A stretch of 64,000 nt of DNA, taken from sequence record DRR723986_618; one strand, written 5' to 3'. Position numbers and translations under genes: made by a program. Positions 1 through 9,792 of the stretch are shown here, piece by piece (the first letter of the stretch is position 1; each line of letters opens with the position of its first letter). The notes under the pieces were generated by a model. The model was not told the DNA's origin. It worked only from the letters and a program-made list of their open reading frames with translations, and searched no databases.

Positions 1-41
1 AAATCCTCGTGTCGGTGGTTCGATTCCGCCTCTGGGCACCA
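1..41 (+). tRNA. 3' half of tRNA-Phe(GAA), truncated by window start (or att duplication of it)
   Basis: AAATCCTCGTGTCGGTGGTTCGATTCCGCCTCTGGGCACCA: anticodon-arm 3' side, T-arm GGTTCGATTCC, acceptor strand and encoded CCA; matches the gammaproteobacterial tRNA-Phe 3' end from recall. Confidence 0.85.
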
Positions 42-47
42 TTACTT

Positions 48-452
48 TCAACGGCTTACGACTAATTTCAGCCCACCACGTTGAACTGGTGTGCCCGAAA
101 TTGTGCCCTCGATTCGCTTGACTGCCTCCAACATATGCTCAGCACTCAAATGCGCGTATCGCTGCACCATCTCATAGCTCGACCACCCTCCCAGCTCTTG
201 CAATTCCTGAAGCCGGGTACCGCTTTGAGCGTGCCATGACGCCCACGGGTGCGGCAGATCGTGCCAGCGGAAGTCCTCTATTCTCGCTCGCTTCTTTGCC
301 ACCGCCCACGCCTTCGCCGAGGTGCGGTCTACAGACCTACCCTTGTAGCTACTATACATAGCTCGGGCGCCTTTCCGTCTGAGCGTCAACAAATCACTAT
401 TCCGCCAGCAGACTACGGCACCGCCTCTTGTCAGCCCCACCTGTCGAAGCAT
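48..452 (-). pseudogene. C-terminal fragment of phage-type tyrosine integrase
   Basis: DFRWHDLPHPWASW...LGGW...MVQRYAH box II motifs; HxxR Arg replaced by Pro; N-terminal domains absent. Confidence 0.85.
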
Positions 453-520
453 AATAGGGAAATACTAGGGATTTCGGTCAGCCGCATTTCTAACTAAGCG
501 GCCGTCAAGAACAGGGCGCA

Positions 521-832
521 ATGACAATGAAGACACCGCAGGACTTTAGTACTGAGTTGAAGCGACGCTTTACCCAGATGTGCCGCGCCTCAAAAGAGGG
601 CTACAAAGCATCGCCAACGGAACGTCATCGCTTAGAAGGATTTATACAAGCCGGGGTGTACGTCGGCCTCATCGACAACCCAAGCGCAAAGGCGATCTTG
701 GAAGACGCCTATTACGATGTATTCCAACAGCCAATGAGCACGGCAGCCAAGTCGAATACCACCAATTGGCAGCTGGAGCTTCGCGACTACTCCCAGTACG
801 ACACCCCCGCTTACCTGCGCGCACCGGAATAA
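521..832 (+). CDS. Hypothetical protein (103 aa) upstream of hsdM
   Basis: ORF with protein-like composition, co-oriented with the R-M operon; no recognised motif. Confidence 0.7.
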   Translation: MTMKTPQDFSTELKRRFTQMCRASKEGYKASPTERHRLEGFIQAGVYVGLIDNPSAKAILEDAYYDVFQQPMSTAAKSNTTNWQLELRDYSQYDTPAYLRAPE

Positions 833-911
833 AACCAGACACAGCATTGCAGATAAGGCAAAATCAGCCAACAACAGCCGAGCAGTAACGACACGGACGC
901 ACCAAAACCCC

Positions 912-2378
912 ATGTTTGAACAAGCCTTTAAGAATATCGACGACATCCTGTTCAAAGACGCCGGATGCTCTACCGAAATGGATTACACCGAGCAGACCTC
1001 GTGGATGTTGTTCCTGAAATATCTCGATGATTTCGAGCAGGAGCGCGCCATGGAAGCGGAGCTGATGGGTGAGGATTACCAGTACATTATTGACCCAGCG
1101 CATCGCTGGAGCAGCTGGGCAGCGCCGAAGGATGCCAGCGGCAATTTCGACCACGACAACGCGCTAACCGGCGCAGACTTAATTGATTATGTAGGCGGCG
1201 AGCTATTCCCCTACCTAAAAGGCTTCAAGCAGGCCGCCGAGAGCCCGGACACCATCCAGTACAAGATCGGCGAGATCTTCGGTGAGATCAAAAACAAGAT
1301 CCAGAGTGGTTATTCCCTCCGCGATGCCTTGGAAAAAGTCGATGAGCTACGCTTTCGCTCCCAGGAGGAAAAGCACGAGCTTAGCCACCTGTACGAAACC
1401 AAAATCAAGAATATGGGCAATGCTGGGCGCAACGGGGGCGAATACTACACGCCACGGCCCCTGATCCGCGCCATGATCGACGTGACCCAGCCCAAAATTG
1501 GCGAGACCATCTACGACGGCGCGGCGGGATCAGCGGGCTTTTTGTGTGAGGCCTATGACTATCTGCGGCAAGGCGGCAGTGATAAAAAGCAGCTCTCCAC
1601 CCAAGACCTGAAAACTCTGCAAGAGCGCACTTTCTACGCCAAGGAGAAGAAATCCCTAGCCTATGTTATCGCCATTATGAATATGATTCTGCATGGCATC
1701 GAAACCCCCAATGTTATTCACACCAACACCCTGGCGGAAAACCTGCAGGACATACAGCCCAGCAACCAACACGACATCATTCTGGCCAACCCGCCCTTTG
1801 GGGGCAAAGAGCGTAAAGAGGTACAGCAGAACTTCCCTATTAAAACCGGCGAAACTGCATTTCTGTTTTTGCAGCACTTTATGAAAATGCTCAAACCCGG
1901 TGGCCGGGCGGCGGTGGTGATCAAGAACACCTTTTTAAGCAATACCGATAATGCGGCCATAGCTCTCAGAAAGGAGCTGCTGCAAAACCACAACCTGCAC
2001 ACAGTGCTCGACTGCCCCGCCAAAACCTTCCTCGGAGCGGGCGTGAAAACCGTGGTGCTGTTCTTTACCAAGGGCGAGCCGACGCAAAAGGTCTGGTACT
2101 ACCAGCTCAACCCCGGCCGTAGCCTGGGTAAAACCAATCCGCTGAATGACAAAGACTTGCAAGAGTTTGTCGAGTTGCAAAATGGCTTTGCCGATTCGGA
2201 TAAGTCCTGGTCGCTCAATGTGGCAGAGCTGGATCAGGCCACCTGCGACCTGTCGGTGAAGAACCCCAATGCCGAGGAAGAGGCCGAGCTGCGGGAGCCG
2301 AAAGAGATCATTACCGAGATTATTACGCTGGATAAAGAGAGCGAGGCAATACTGGCGAAGATTCAGGAGCTGGTGTGA
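912..2378 (+). CDS. hsdM: Type I restriction-modification methyltransferase subunit M
   Basis: GEYYTPR, YDGAAGSAGFL (SAM motif I), NPPF (N6-adenine motif IV). Confidence 0.97.
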   Translation: MFEQAFKNIDDILFKDAGCSTEMDYTEQTSWMLFLKYLDDFEQERAMEAELMGEDYQYIIDPAHRWSSWAAPKDASGNFDHDNALTGADLIDYVGGELFPYLKGFKQAAESPDTIQYKIGEIFGEIKNKIQSGYSLRDALEKVDELRFRSQEEKHELSHLYETKIKNMGNAGRNGGEYYTPRPLIRAMIDVTQPKIGETIYDGAAGSAGFLCEAYDYLRQGGSDKKQLSTQDLKTLQERTFYAKEKKSLAYVIAIMNMILHGIETPNVIHTNTLAENLQDIQPSNQHDIILANPPFGGKERKEVQQNFPIKTGETAFLFLQHFMKMLKPGGRAAVVIKNTFLSNTDNAAIALRKELLQNHNLHTVLDCPAKTFLGAGVKTVVLFFTKGEPTQKVWYYQLNPGRSLGKTNPLNDKDLQEFVELQNGFADSDKSWSLNVAELDQATCDLSVKNPNAEEEAELREPKEIITEIITLDKESEAILAKIQELV

Positions 2379-3628
2379 TGAATGACCATTGGAAAAACGC
2401 AAAGCTAGGTGACATTTGCGAAAAAATTCAAGATGGGGCTCATCACTCTCCAAAGAAATTGCACGACGCACCGGGGGAAGGGAGATTTCTTTACCTTACG
2501 TCAAAGAACATTCGCACCGGGTATCTAAAATTAGACAATGTTCAATATTGCGAAGCGGAGTTTCACAATAGCATTTACCCTAGATGCAACCCGGAGGCAG
2601 GGGACATCCTGCTCACGAAGGATGGTGCAAACACTGGAAACGTCGCGATAAATGACCTTGATGAGCCATTTAGCCTGCTTTCCAGTGTGTGCTTGCTAAA
2701 GCCAGATTCTTCATTAATCATCCCGGAATTCTTGTTCTACTATTTGCAAAGTCCAGATGGCTTTAAGCAAATGACGGGACAGATGACTGGTGCAGCGATC
2801 AAGCGAATAATTTTAAAGACAATAAAAGCGTCGAATATCACGCTGCCCCCATTAGCCGAACAAAAACGCATCGTCGCCATTCTCGACCGGGCCTTTGCCG
2901 GCATCGACAAAGCCCGCGCCTTAACCGAACAAAACCTCAAAAACGCCCGCGAACTGTTTGAAAGCTATTTGCAGCAGGTGTTTAGTCAGCGTGGAGAGGG
3001 GTGGGTTAATACCACCATTGGTGAAATAACAGGGGGCGTTCTTACCGGCCCCTTTGGTTCACTTCTTCATAAAAGCGATTACATTGAAGATGGTATTCCT
3101 TTGATTAATCCTGCCCATATCTCCGCGGCGGGAATCGTTCCCGACAGAAAGAAAACTGTGTCGGGGGATACTGCTGAACGATTAGCAAACTACGTAATGG
3201 ACGAAGGCGATATAGTAATTGGGCGTCGCGGAGAAATGGGCCGCTGTGCGGTGGTTACGAGAAACGAGAGTGGCTATCTATGTGGCACTGGTAGTTTCAT
3301 TATTAAATCCTCCAAGCAGTGTGATAGTGGTTATTTAGTGCGCTATTTACGTTCTGCAAGTTGTGTTAATCGGTTGGAAAAAATTGCCGGTGGTGCTGTC
3401 ATGCCAAACCTCAGTAATAGTGAGCTGAGCCGTTTTGAAATTGTGATGCCTCCGCTTGATCAACAGAGAAAAATACTCGAACTGATTGAAAAATTGTCTG
3501 CGGAAACCGATCGAGTAGTTTCTGTATACCAACGGAAGCTTATAGGTCTTGAAGAATTAAAGAGATCCCTCCTCCAAAAAGCCTTCTCCGGCGAACTCGC
3601 CAATTCAAGCGAGGAGGCCGCCGCCTGA
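2375..3628 (+). CDS. hsdS: Type I R-M specificity subunit S
   Basis: Two AT-richer TRDs separated by LPPLAEQKRIVAILD and ended by MPPLDQQRKI...LLQKAFSGEL; GTGA overlap with hsdM stop. Confidence 0.95.
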   Translation: MMNDHWKNAKLGDICEKIQDGAHHSPKKLHDAPGEGRFLYLTSKNIRTGYLKLDNVQYCEAEFHNSIYPRCNPEAGDILLTKDGANTGNVAINDLDEPFSLLSSVCLLKPDSSLIIPEFLFYYLQSPDGFKQMTGQMTGAAIKRIILKTIKASNITLPPLAEQKRIVAILDRAFAGIDKARALTEQNLKNARELFESYLQQVFSQRGEGWVNTTIGEITGGVLTGPFGSLLHKSDYIEDGIPLINPAHISAAGIVPDRKKTVSGDTAERLANYVMDEGDIVIGRRGEMGRCAVVTRNESGYLCGTGSFIIKSSKQCDSGYLVRYLRSASCVNRLEKIAGGAVMPNLSNSELSRFEIVMPPLDQQRKILELIEKLSAETDRVVSVYQRKLIGLEELKRSLLQKAFSGELANSSEEAAA

Positions 3629-3711
3629 TGCTACGCGTAGATCATCAGCCATTTGATCCCGCAACTGCCGCATTGGCTCTGTCAGACAGGCCTTTCACAG
3701 GGGTGTGAATA

Positions 3712-4701
3712 GTGACCAAGCCCATCGAAATTTACCAATCCGACCAGCAAACCATTGAAGTGCGCTTTGACGGTGAACAAGAAACGGTCTGGTTAACGCA
3801 GCGCCAAATGGGCGAGCTGTTTGGCACCACCCCCGAAAACGTGCTGATGCACTTAAAAAATATCTATAAAGATCAAGAGCTTGAGGAGGCAGCAACTTCT
3901 AAGAAATTCTTAGTAGTTCAAACCGAAGGCAAGCGGCAGGTAGAACGTAAGCTGTTGCATTACGACTTGGACGCCATTCTGTCAGTGGGGTATCGGGTAA
4001 ACAGCAAGCAGGGTGTGTTGTTTCGGAAATGGGCTACCCAGCGCCTAAAAGAGCACCTGCTGCAAGGCTACACCCTGAATCAGCAGCGCTTTGAGCAAAA
4101 TGCCGAGGCTTTAAAACAAGCTCTGGCGCTGATTGAAAAAACCGCTCAGTCACCACAGCTCACCGCCGAGATGGGCAGCGGCTTGGTGGAGATTGTCAGC
4201 CGCTATACCCAGACCTTTCTCTGGCTACAGCAGTATGACGAGGGCTTGCTGGAAGAACCGGGCGGCCAAACCGGCGGCAAGCTGCCGACAGCGGCCGAGG
4301 CCATGAATAGCTTAGGGCAGTTAAAGCAGCAGTTAATAGCGCGAGGTGAGGCGACTGAGCTGTTTGCCCGGCTGCGAGAGGATGGCTTGGCCGCCATTTT
4401 GGGCAATCTCGACCAGAGCGTGTTTGGCGAACCCGCCTACCCCAGTATTGAAAGCAAGGCGGCGCACCTGCTGTACTTTGTGGTGAAAAATCACCCCTTC
4501 AGCGATGGCAACAAGCGCAGTGGCGCCTTTTTGTTTGTGGATTTCTTGCACCGCAATGGCCGTTTGCTGAATGCCCGCAAGGAGCCGATCATTAACGACA
4601 CCGGATTGGCGGCGTTGACCTTGCTGGTGGCGGAGTCTGACCCCAAGCAAAAAGAAGTGATAATTCGCCTGATAATGACGATGCTGGCGAGCAGGCAATA
4701 A
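3712..4701 (+). CDS. RhuM-like / Fic-Doc family protein
   Basis: N-terminal RhuM-like segment (WLTQRQMGELF, YDLDAILSVGYRVNS, FRKWAT); C-terminal Fic/Doc motif HPFSDGNKRSG. Confidence 0.9.
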   Translation: MTKPIEIYQSDQQTIEVRFDGEQETVWLTQRQMGELFGTTPENVLMHLKNIYKDQELEEAATSKKFLVVQTEGKRQVERKLLHYDLDAILSVGYRVNSKQGVLFRKWATQRLKEHLLQGYTLNQQRFEQNAEALKQALALIEKTAQSPQLTAEMGSGLVEIVSRYTQTFLWLQQYDEGLLEEPGGQTGGKLPTAAEAMNSLGQLKQQLIARGEATELFARLREDGLAAILGNLDQSVFGEPAYPSIESKAAHLLYFVVKNHPFSDGNKRSGAFLFVDFLHRNGRLLNARKEPIINDTGLAALTLLVAESDPKQKEVIIRLIMTMLASRQ

Positions 4702-4728
4702 GCAAGCAAACCGATAGGACGCGAATGG

Positions 4729-7140
4729 ATGCGAAATGAGGCAGATACAAGAGCCGATCTGATTGACCCCAAATTGGTTGAGTCGGGCTGGAGCGTTGTT
4801 GAAAACAGCTATATCCGCCGTGAAGTCAGTATCACTCAAGGTAGGATCATCGGCGGTGGTAAACGTGCATCGGCCCTAAGCAGCGACTATGTCCTGGAAT
4901 ATCAGGGCCGTAAGCTGGCCGCCGTTGAGGCCAAAAAAGAAAGCCTGAGTTATACCGAGGGGGTGCGACAGGCCAAGGACTACGCCCAGCGTCTGCAGTG
5001 TCGGTTTGGCTATGCCACCAATGGCCACCAGATTTACCAGATAGATATGCTCAGCGGCGAGGAAAAGCTGGTTGATCAATTCCTGAGCCCGGATCAACTC
5101 TGGCAATTGACCTTTGACCCCACCCAGAAACCCCGCGGTGAACAGCCCGAGCCGGATTTTACCGCCGTCTGGCGTGAGCGTTTCGCTGAAATCCCCTTTG
5201 AGTGTAAAGGCGACTGGCAGCCCCGTTACTATCAGGAAAATGCCATTAACAACGCGCTGGAGGCCATCGCTCAGGGCAAGCAGCGAATTCTGTTAACCCT
5301 GGCTACCGGCACCGGCAAAACCTGCATCGCCTTTCAAGCCGCATGGAAGTTATTTCACAGCCGCTGGAGCCTGAAAGCACAGACTGATCCTGAAGCCGCC
5401 AAAAAGCGGCCCCGTGTTCTATTCCTGGCTGACCGCAATGTCTTGGCCAACCAAGCTTTTAATGACTTTGGCCCCTTTGGTGAAGATGCCATTGTGCGGC
5501 TGGAGCCGGGGGAGATTAAAAAGAAAGGCGCTGTACCTAAGAACGCCAGCGTGTTCTTCACCATTTTCCAGACCTTTATGAGCGGGCCGGAGGATGCCAA
5601 GGGCAATAAAACACCCTACTTTGGCCAGTACGCGCCGGACTTTTTTGATTTTATCATTATCGATGAATGTCACCGGGGCGGTGCCAACGACGAAAGTAGC
5701 TGGCGGGAGATACTCAATTACTTTTCGCCAGCGGTACAGTTGGGGCTTACGGCAACCCCCAAGCGAACCGTTAACGCTGACACCTATTCCTATTTTGGCG
5801 AGCCGGTGTACAGCTACGCCTTGAAAGACGGGATTAACGACGGCTTTCTGACCCCGTTCAAGGTGCTGCCTATTGTCGGCACCATGGACGAGTATGTGTA
5901 TACCCCTGGCGACGGGGTCGTTGTGAAGGGCGAACCGGAGCCGGGCAAGGTGTACAAAGAGGGCGACTTTAACCGCATTATCACTATTCCCGAACGGGAG
6001 AAGATGCGCGTTCGCTACTGGATGGATCACTTCAACCCGGCTGAGAAAACCATCGTATTTTGCGCCACCCAGGAACATGCGGGCATGGTGCGGGACTACA
6101 TCAACCAATACGCCGTGGAGAAAGGCTGGACGAGCAACCCCGGCTACTGCGTGCGCATTACCGCCAATGATGGTGTGGCCGGTGAGAACGATCTGAAAAC
6201 CTTCCAAGACAACGAAAAAACCATTCCCACCATTCTGACCACCTCCCGCAAGCTCTCTACAGGAGTGGATGCCCGCAATGTGCGCAATATCGTGCTGATG
6301 CGCCCCTGCAACAATATGATCGAGTTCAAGCAAATTGTCGGCCGCGGCACGCGCATGTACGACGGCAAAGATTTTTTCACCATCTACGATTTTGTGAAAG
6401 CACATTACAACTTTGCCGACCCGGAGTGGGATGGCGAGCCGATAGTCGAAGAGCCCGATGATTCGTATCCAACACCAGTGCCCCCTTCTGGCGGAGTAAA
6501 AGAGCCAGCAGGCCAGATTGCCGGAGGCCCCGAGCCGGAGTCCACGCCCGAAAAAATCACCATTCAGTTAAGTGACGGCAAAGCCCGGCAGATACGCCAC
6601 ATCTCCTCAACAATGTACTGGAGCCCTGATGGCAAGCCCATCACCGCGCGGGAATTTGTTGAGCGGATGTTTGACGACCTACCCCGGTTTTTCAGCAACG
6701 AAGACCAGCTTCGTCAAATATGGAGTGATCCGACTACCCGAGAGAAGCTGCTAGACGATTTGGCTGAGGAAGGCTACGACACCGAAAAGCTCAATAGCAT
6801 GAAGGAACTGATCGACGCCAAAGACAGCGATGTTTACGACGTATTGGCCTTTGTCGCCTATGCCGCTGAAACACAAACCCGCGCCGACAGGGCAAGGCTG
6901 GCGAAACCGGCAATCAGTCAGGCCTTTACCAACAATGAGCAACAGGCCTTTATAAACTTTGTGTTGGATAAATATATTGAGGATGGCGTAGGACAGCTTT
7001 CCATCAAGAATATGAGTGGCCTAGTAAAAATTCGCTACAACACCATTAGCGACGCAGCGTCAGAGCTAGGCTCACCAGCACTGATAAAAGACACCTTCTT
7101 TGGATTTCAGCGCCACCTGTATGAGCAAAAAACAGATTAA
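4729..7140 (+). CDS. hsdR: Type I restriction endonuclease subunit R (EcoAI/EcoEI-like)
   Basis: NEADTR start, DY..VEAKK nuclease motif, Walker A ATGTGKT, DECH, LTATP, QIVGRGTR helicase motifs. Confidence 0.96.
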   Translation: MRNEADTRADLIDPKLVESGWSVVENSYIRREVSITQGRIIGGGKRASALSSDYVLEYQGRKLAAVEAKKESLSYTEGVRQAKDYAQRLQCRFGYATNGHQIYQIDMLSGEEKLVDQFLSPDQLWQLTFDPTQKPRGEQPEPDFTAVWRERFAEIPFECKGDWQPRYYQENAINNALEAIAQGKQRILLTLATGTGKTCIAFQAAWKLFHSRWSLKAQTDPEAAKKRPRVLFLADRNVLANQAFNDFGPFGEDAIVRLEPGEIKKKGAVPKNASVFFTIFQTFMSGPEDAKGNKTPYFGQYAPDFFDFIIIDECHRGGANDESSWREILNYFSPAVQLGLTATPKRTVNADTYSYFGEPVYSYALKDGINDGFLTPFKVLPIVGTMDEYVYTPGDGVVVKGEPEPGKVYKEGDFNRIITIPEREKMRVRYWMDHFNPAEKTIVFCATQEHAGMVRDYINQYAVEKGWTSNPGYCVRITANDGVAGENDLKTFQDNEKTIPTILTTSRKLSTGVDARNVRNIVLMRPCNNMIEFKQIVGRGTRMYDGKDFFTIYDFVKAHYNFADPEWDGEPIVEEPDDSYPTPVPPSGGVKEPAGQIAGGPEPESTPEKITIQLSDGKARQIRHISSTMYWSPDGKPITAREFVERMFDDLPRFFSNEDQLRQIWSDPTTREKLLDDLAEEGYDTEKLNSMKELIDAKDSDVYDVLAFVAYAAETQTRADRARLAKPAISQAFTNNEQQAFINFVLDKYIEDGVGQLSIKNMSGLVKIRYNTISDAASELGSPALIKDTFFGFQRHLYEQKTD

Positions 7141-7367
7141 ACCCAGTTTAGACACAGCGAGAAAGGGGTACTATTTAGGGGTACATGAAATTTCTTAAAC
7201 TGGATAAATATATAATTATCAAACCGTTACGAAAGAGATAGCGAGATGCCTCTGCACCACTCTTTTTCCCATTATTCTGTTACTCAACTCAGCACATTTT
7301 GCATTGCACAAAACACTCGTATGCCCGCGATAGCAAACGCGTATGGCATGTATTGTTGTGTGGTCGT

Positions 7368-7655
7368 TTAAGGCCGGGATGCAAGAACTTCGGAGAGCAG
7401 CCAGCCATAGGTTAGGCTGGCACCCAACCATAACATCAGGCTGGCCCACATTCCCGCCAGCGCGAGCAGCGCACCGGGCACCAGCATTGCGGTGAGTAGC
7501 CATCTACGCTGACGTTGCGGAAGTGGCGAAAAGCCTTTGGCGGGGCTTGCGCCATGGCGTGCTAATTTTTGACGCCAACGCAATCGCTTTGGGTCGCGCA
7601 GGGCGAGCGCTGTTACGCTAAGCGCGCTGACGGCAATGCTGAGCAGCAACATCAT
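7368..7655 (-). CDS. Small membrane protein (DUF3325-like) of the PepSY operon
   Basis: Hydrophobic 95 aa; start overlaps PepSY stop (ATGA). Confidence 0.7.
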   Translation of the reverse strand: MMLLLSIAVSALSVTALALRDPKRLRWRQKLARHGASPAKGFSPLPQRQRRWLLTAMLVPGALLALAGMWASLMLWLGASLTYGWLLSEVLASRP

Positions 7656-9262
7656 GGCGTATTCACCTCCATGTCGCCGGTATCGATGAGGGGTTCCTCA
7701 GGCAACACCAGGGTTTGACGCCATTCACGGCGAAGCAGCCAGGCCCCGCCAAGCAGCAGAGCAACATCCAAAACCACAACAGCCGTTAAACCACCTGTGG
7801 CCGCGCTTACCCAGCCCGGGCCGCCTAGCAACAAACGCAGCGCTACCAAGGCGCAAAGTCCTAGCCCCAAGCTGATGACGAGTATCCGCCGCACGCCGGT
7901 AACACGGCGAACGATGCCGGCAAGAATGCCGCTTAGCGCAAGGCAAAGACCGAAGGCCTTGAACATCAGCGGCTCAGCTGCCCCAGCCAGCAAACCAGCC
8001 TGCTGCAGCAAATAGGCCGCCGCGGCGGCGACCAGTGCAAGGGGAAGCCCCCAAGCACTCCATAGTGTTGCCCGCAATAAATACTGCCATGTTTTCTGCT
8101 GCTCTCGGCGCTTAACCCATAGGGTCAGGCCACTAATACAGACATAGGCTCCGGCAAACCCCAGAGCGAACCACACCGTTTTCGACAACCAACCGGCAAA
8201 ATTTCCAAAATGCAGCGGCCCCATTAGCGCAACCAGGTCACTGCCCAGCGAGGGCGATTGCCCCAATGCCGGTTTTTCACCAAGATTTTCACCAGTCTGG
8301 GCGTCGAAGGCGTAGCCTTTGGGCAACAGCTCGCCCTCTGCTTGCCAGGGAAATACGCTAATGCGTGCGTCTTGCCTTCCCCAGTGGTCGACGGTTAAAA
8401 ACCGCGTGCGATGCCCCGCCGCCCGAACGTCTTCCAACATGGCGTCGATATTCGCCATTTCGGCAGGGCGCGAGTCCTCGGCCGGAGGTAAGCCCTGAAC
8501 AGTTTCGATAAGTTTTTCCTGGTCGCCGCCGAACGCCACCATGGCAATGGCGGGAATGGCAAAGGCGCCGGCCAGGCTATAGAAGCTGCCGGTAAACGCC
8601 AAAATAAACGCAAACGGCAGGTTCCAGGTACTCGCCATCACATGGGCGTCTTTGTGACTGAGCACATCTCCACCACGCCGGCGACGTAAAAACGCATCTT
8701 TAATAAGATGGCGGTGCATGGCAAAACCGCTGACGCAGGCGACCAATAAACTCAGGCCAAGAATACCGGTTAACATCAGCCCCCAGGGCGAGGGCACATG
8801 CAGTTGCACATGCCATTCGACCAGAAAGTGCCCGAGCTTGCCGTAGTGGCTTTGCGCTTCGATCTCGCTCTGGGTGCCCTCAAAGCGCTGCAGGATGTCT
8901 CCGCTGGCCGGGTCAAATACGAATAACACCCCCTTTTCTTCCGGGTGTTCTCCATCCTCTGCCTCACCATGGGTGTGGAAAAAAGCACGGATACGACCGC
9001 CTGCGGTCGCAAAGACAATGAGCTCGTCGAGATATTCAGGCGCCACATCGGCGGCGGCCTTTCTCAACATAGCATCAGTGCCCAGTGGAAAGGTTTCCGG
9101 TATAGCGGCCGGCAGCGGCGAGGCCCAGTCATTTATGTCGTCGGCGAATACCGCGATCGTGCCGGTTAAGATCACCCAGTAGAGCAGCAGGCCGAAAATC
9201 ACCGCGCCCCAGCCGTGAAGCGCCAGCATCGTTTGAGTCGTTTTTTGCTGTAGCTTTAGCAT
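7652..9262 (-). CDS. PepSY-associated TM helix domain protein (iron-uptake / ferric reductase-like)
   Basis: LHGWGAV..LTGTIAVF, EWHVQLH, DAHVMASTWNLPF, LHFGNFAG conserved His motifs. Confidence 0.9.
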   Translation of the reverse strand: MLKLQQKTTQTMLALHGWGAVIFGLLLYWVILTGTIAVFADDINDWASPLPAAIPETFPLGTDAMLRKAAADVAPEYLDELIVFATAGGRIRAFFHTHGEAEDGEHPEEKGVLFVFDPASGDILQRFEGTQSEIEAQSHYGKLGHFLVEWHVQLHVPSPWGLMLTGILGLSLLVACVSGFAMHRHLIKDAFLRRRRGGDVLSHKDAHVMASTWNLPFAFILAFTGSFYSLAGAFAIPAIAMVAFGGDQEKLIETVQGLPPAEDSRPAEMANIDAMLEDVRAAGHRTRFLTVDHWGRQDARISVFPWQAEGELLPKGYAFDAQTGENLGEKPALGQSPSLGSDLVALMGPLHFGNFAGWLSKTVWFALGFAGAYVCISGLTLWVKRREQQKTWQYLLRATLWSAWGLPLALVAAAAAYLLQQAGLLAGAAEPLMFKAFGLCLALSGILAGIVRRVTGVRRILVISLGLGLCALVALRLLLGGPGWVSAATGGLTAVVVLDVALLLGGAWLLRREWRQTLVLPEEPLIDTGDMEVNTP

Positions 9263-9276
9263 CGATTTCTCGCCGT

Positions 9277-9570
9277 TTATTGCTGCGCTTGCAGTAGGTG
9301 CTGCGCAATCAACGCCGCGTGCACGGCAGTCAATATGAAGATCACTACCGAAGCGCGGCCCAGCCGATCCAATACGCTATAAAAGAACAGCACTGCCCAG
9401 ATCGCAGGCAGCAGCACTACCGGAATAACGAAGTTATTAACCTGTGCCTGCCCCTCCGGCAGCCAGAGAGAACTGCCAGCCATAATAATGAGCGTGGCAA
9501 GTAGTACCAGCGGCCCAGCCAACACAAACCGCCAGATTTTTTCAGTGCGCGTTCCCGCCATCACTCCCAT
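9277..9570 (-). CDS. Small membrane protein, first gene of PepSY operon
   Basis: Three hydrophobic segments; co-oriented directly upstream of PepSY gene. Confidence 0.75.
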   Translation of the reverse strand: MGVMAGTRTEKIWRFVLAGPLVLLATLIIMAGSSLWLPEGQAQVNNFVIPVVLLPAIWAVLFFYSVLDRLGRASVVIFILTAVHAALIAQHLLQAQQ

Positions 9571-9643
9571 CTCTCTGCTTTTTCATCCCTAATTTGTCAG
9601 CGCGATGACTACGCCGCGCAGGCGCGAGTTGGCGCTGCAGCGC

Positions 9644-9669
9644 ATTATAACGAGAACGATTTTCATTTG
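9644..9669 (-). promoter_or_regulatory. Putative Fur box overlapping a -10 element
   Basis: Minus strand reads AATGAAAATCGTTCTCGTTATAAT: Fur-like AATGAnAAT-n-rTTCTCrTT followed by a perfect TATAAT, upstream of iron-uptake genes. Confidence 0.6.
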
Positions 9670-9792
9670 CTATTAAGGGGCACGCATTTTCTTGCGCCAG
9701 CGCAGGAGTAGCAGTAACGGCACCACACCGCCGCCCTTCCGGCGTGGGAGAAAGGAAAATTCGAATAGTGGGATCGGGTTGGCGGGCGCTGT

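Larger units (their letters stand above)
28..7259. mobile_element. Degenerate tRNA-Phe-integrated genomic island carrying a type I R-M system
   Basis: Integrase remnant right after tRNA 3' end; defence cargo; GGGGTAC direct repeat at 7165-7184; degenerate copy of tRNA end GCCTCTG--CACCA at 7248-7259. Confidence 0.6.

Noticed and set aside
2375-3628. Phase-variable or invertible hsdS
   Set aside because: No second hsdS, flanking inverted repeats or simple-sequence tract seen
5419-6405. 328-aa antisense ORF inside hsdR
   Set aside because: Shadow of a well-supported gene; no motifs
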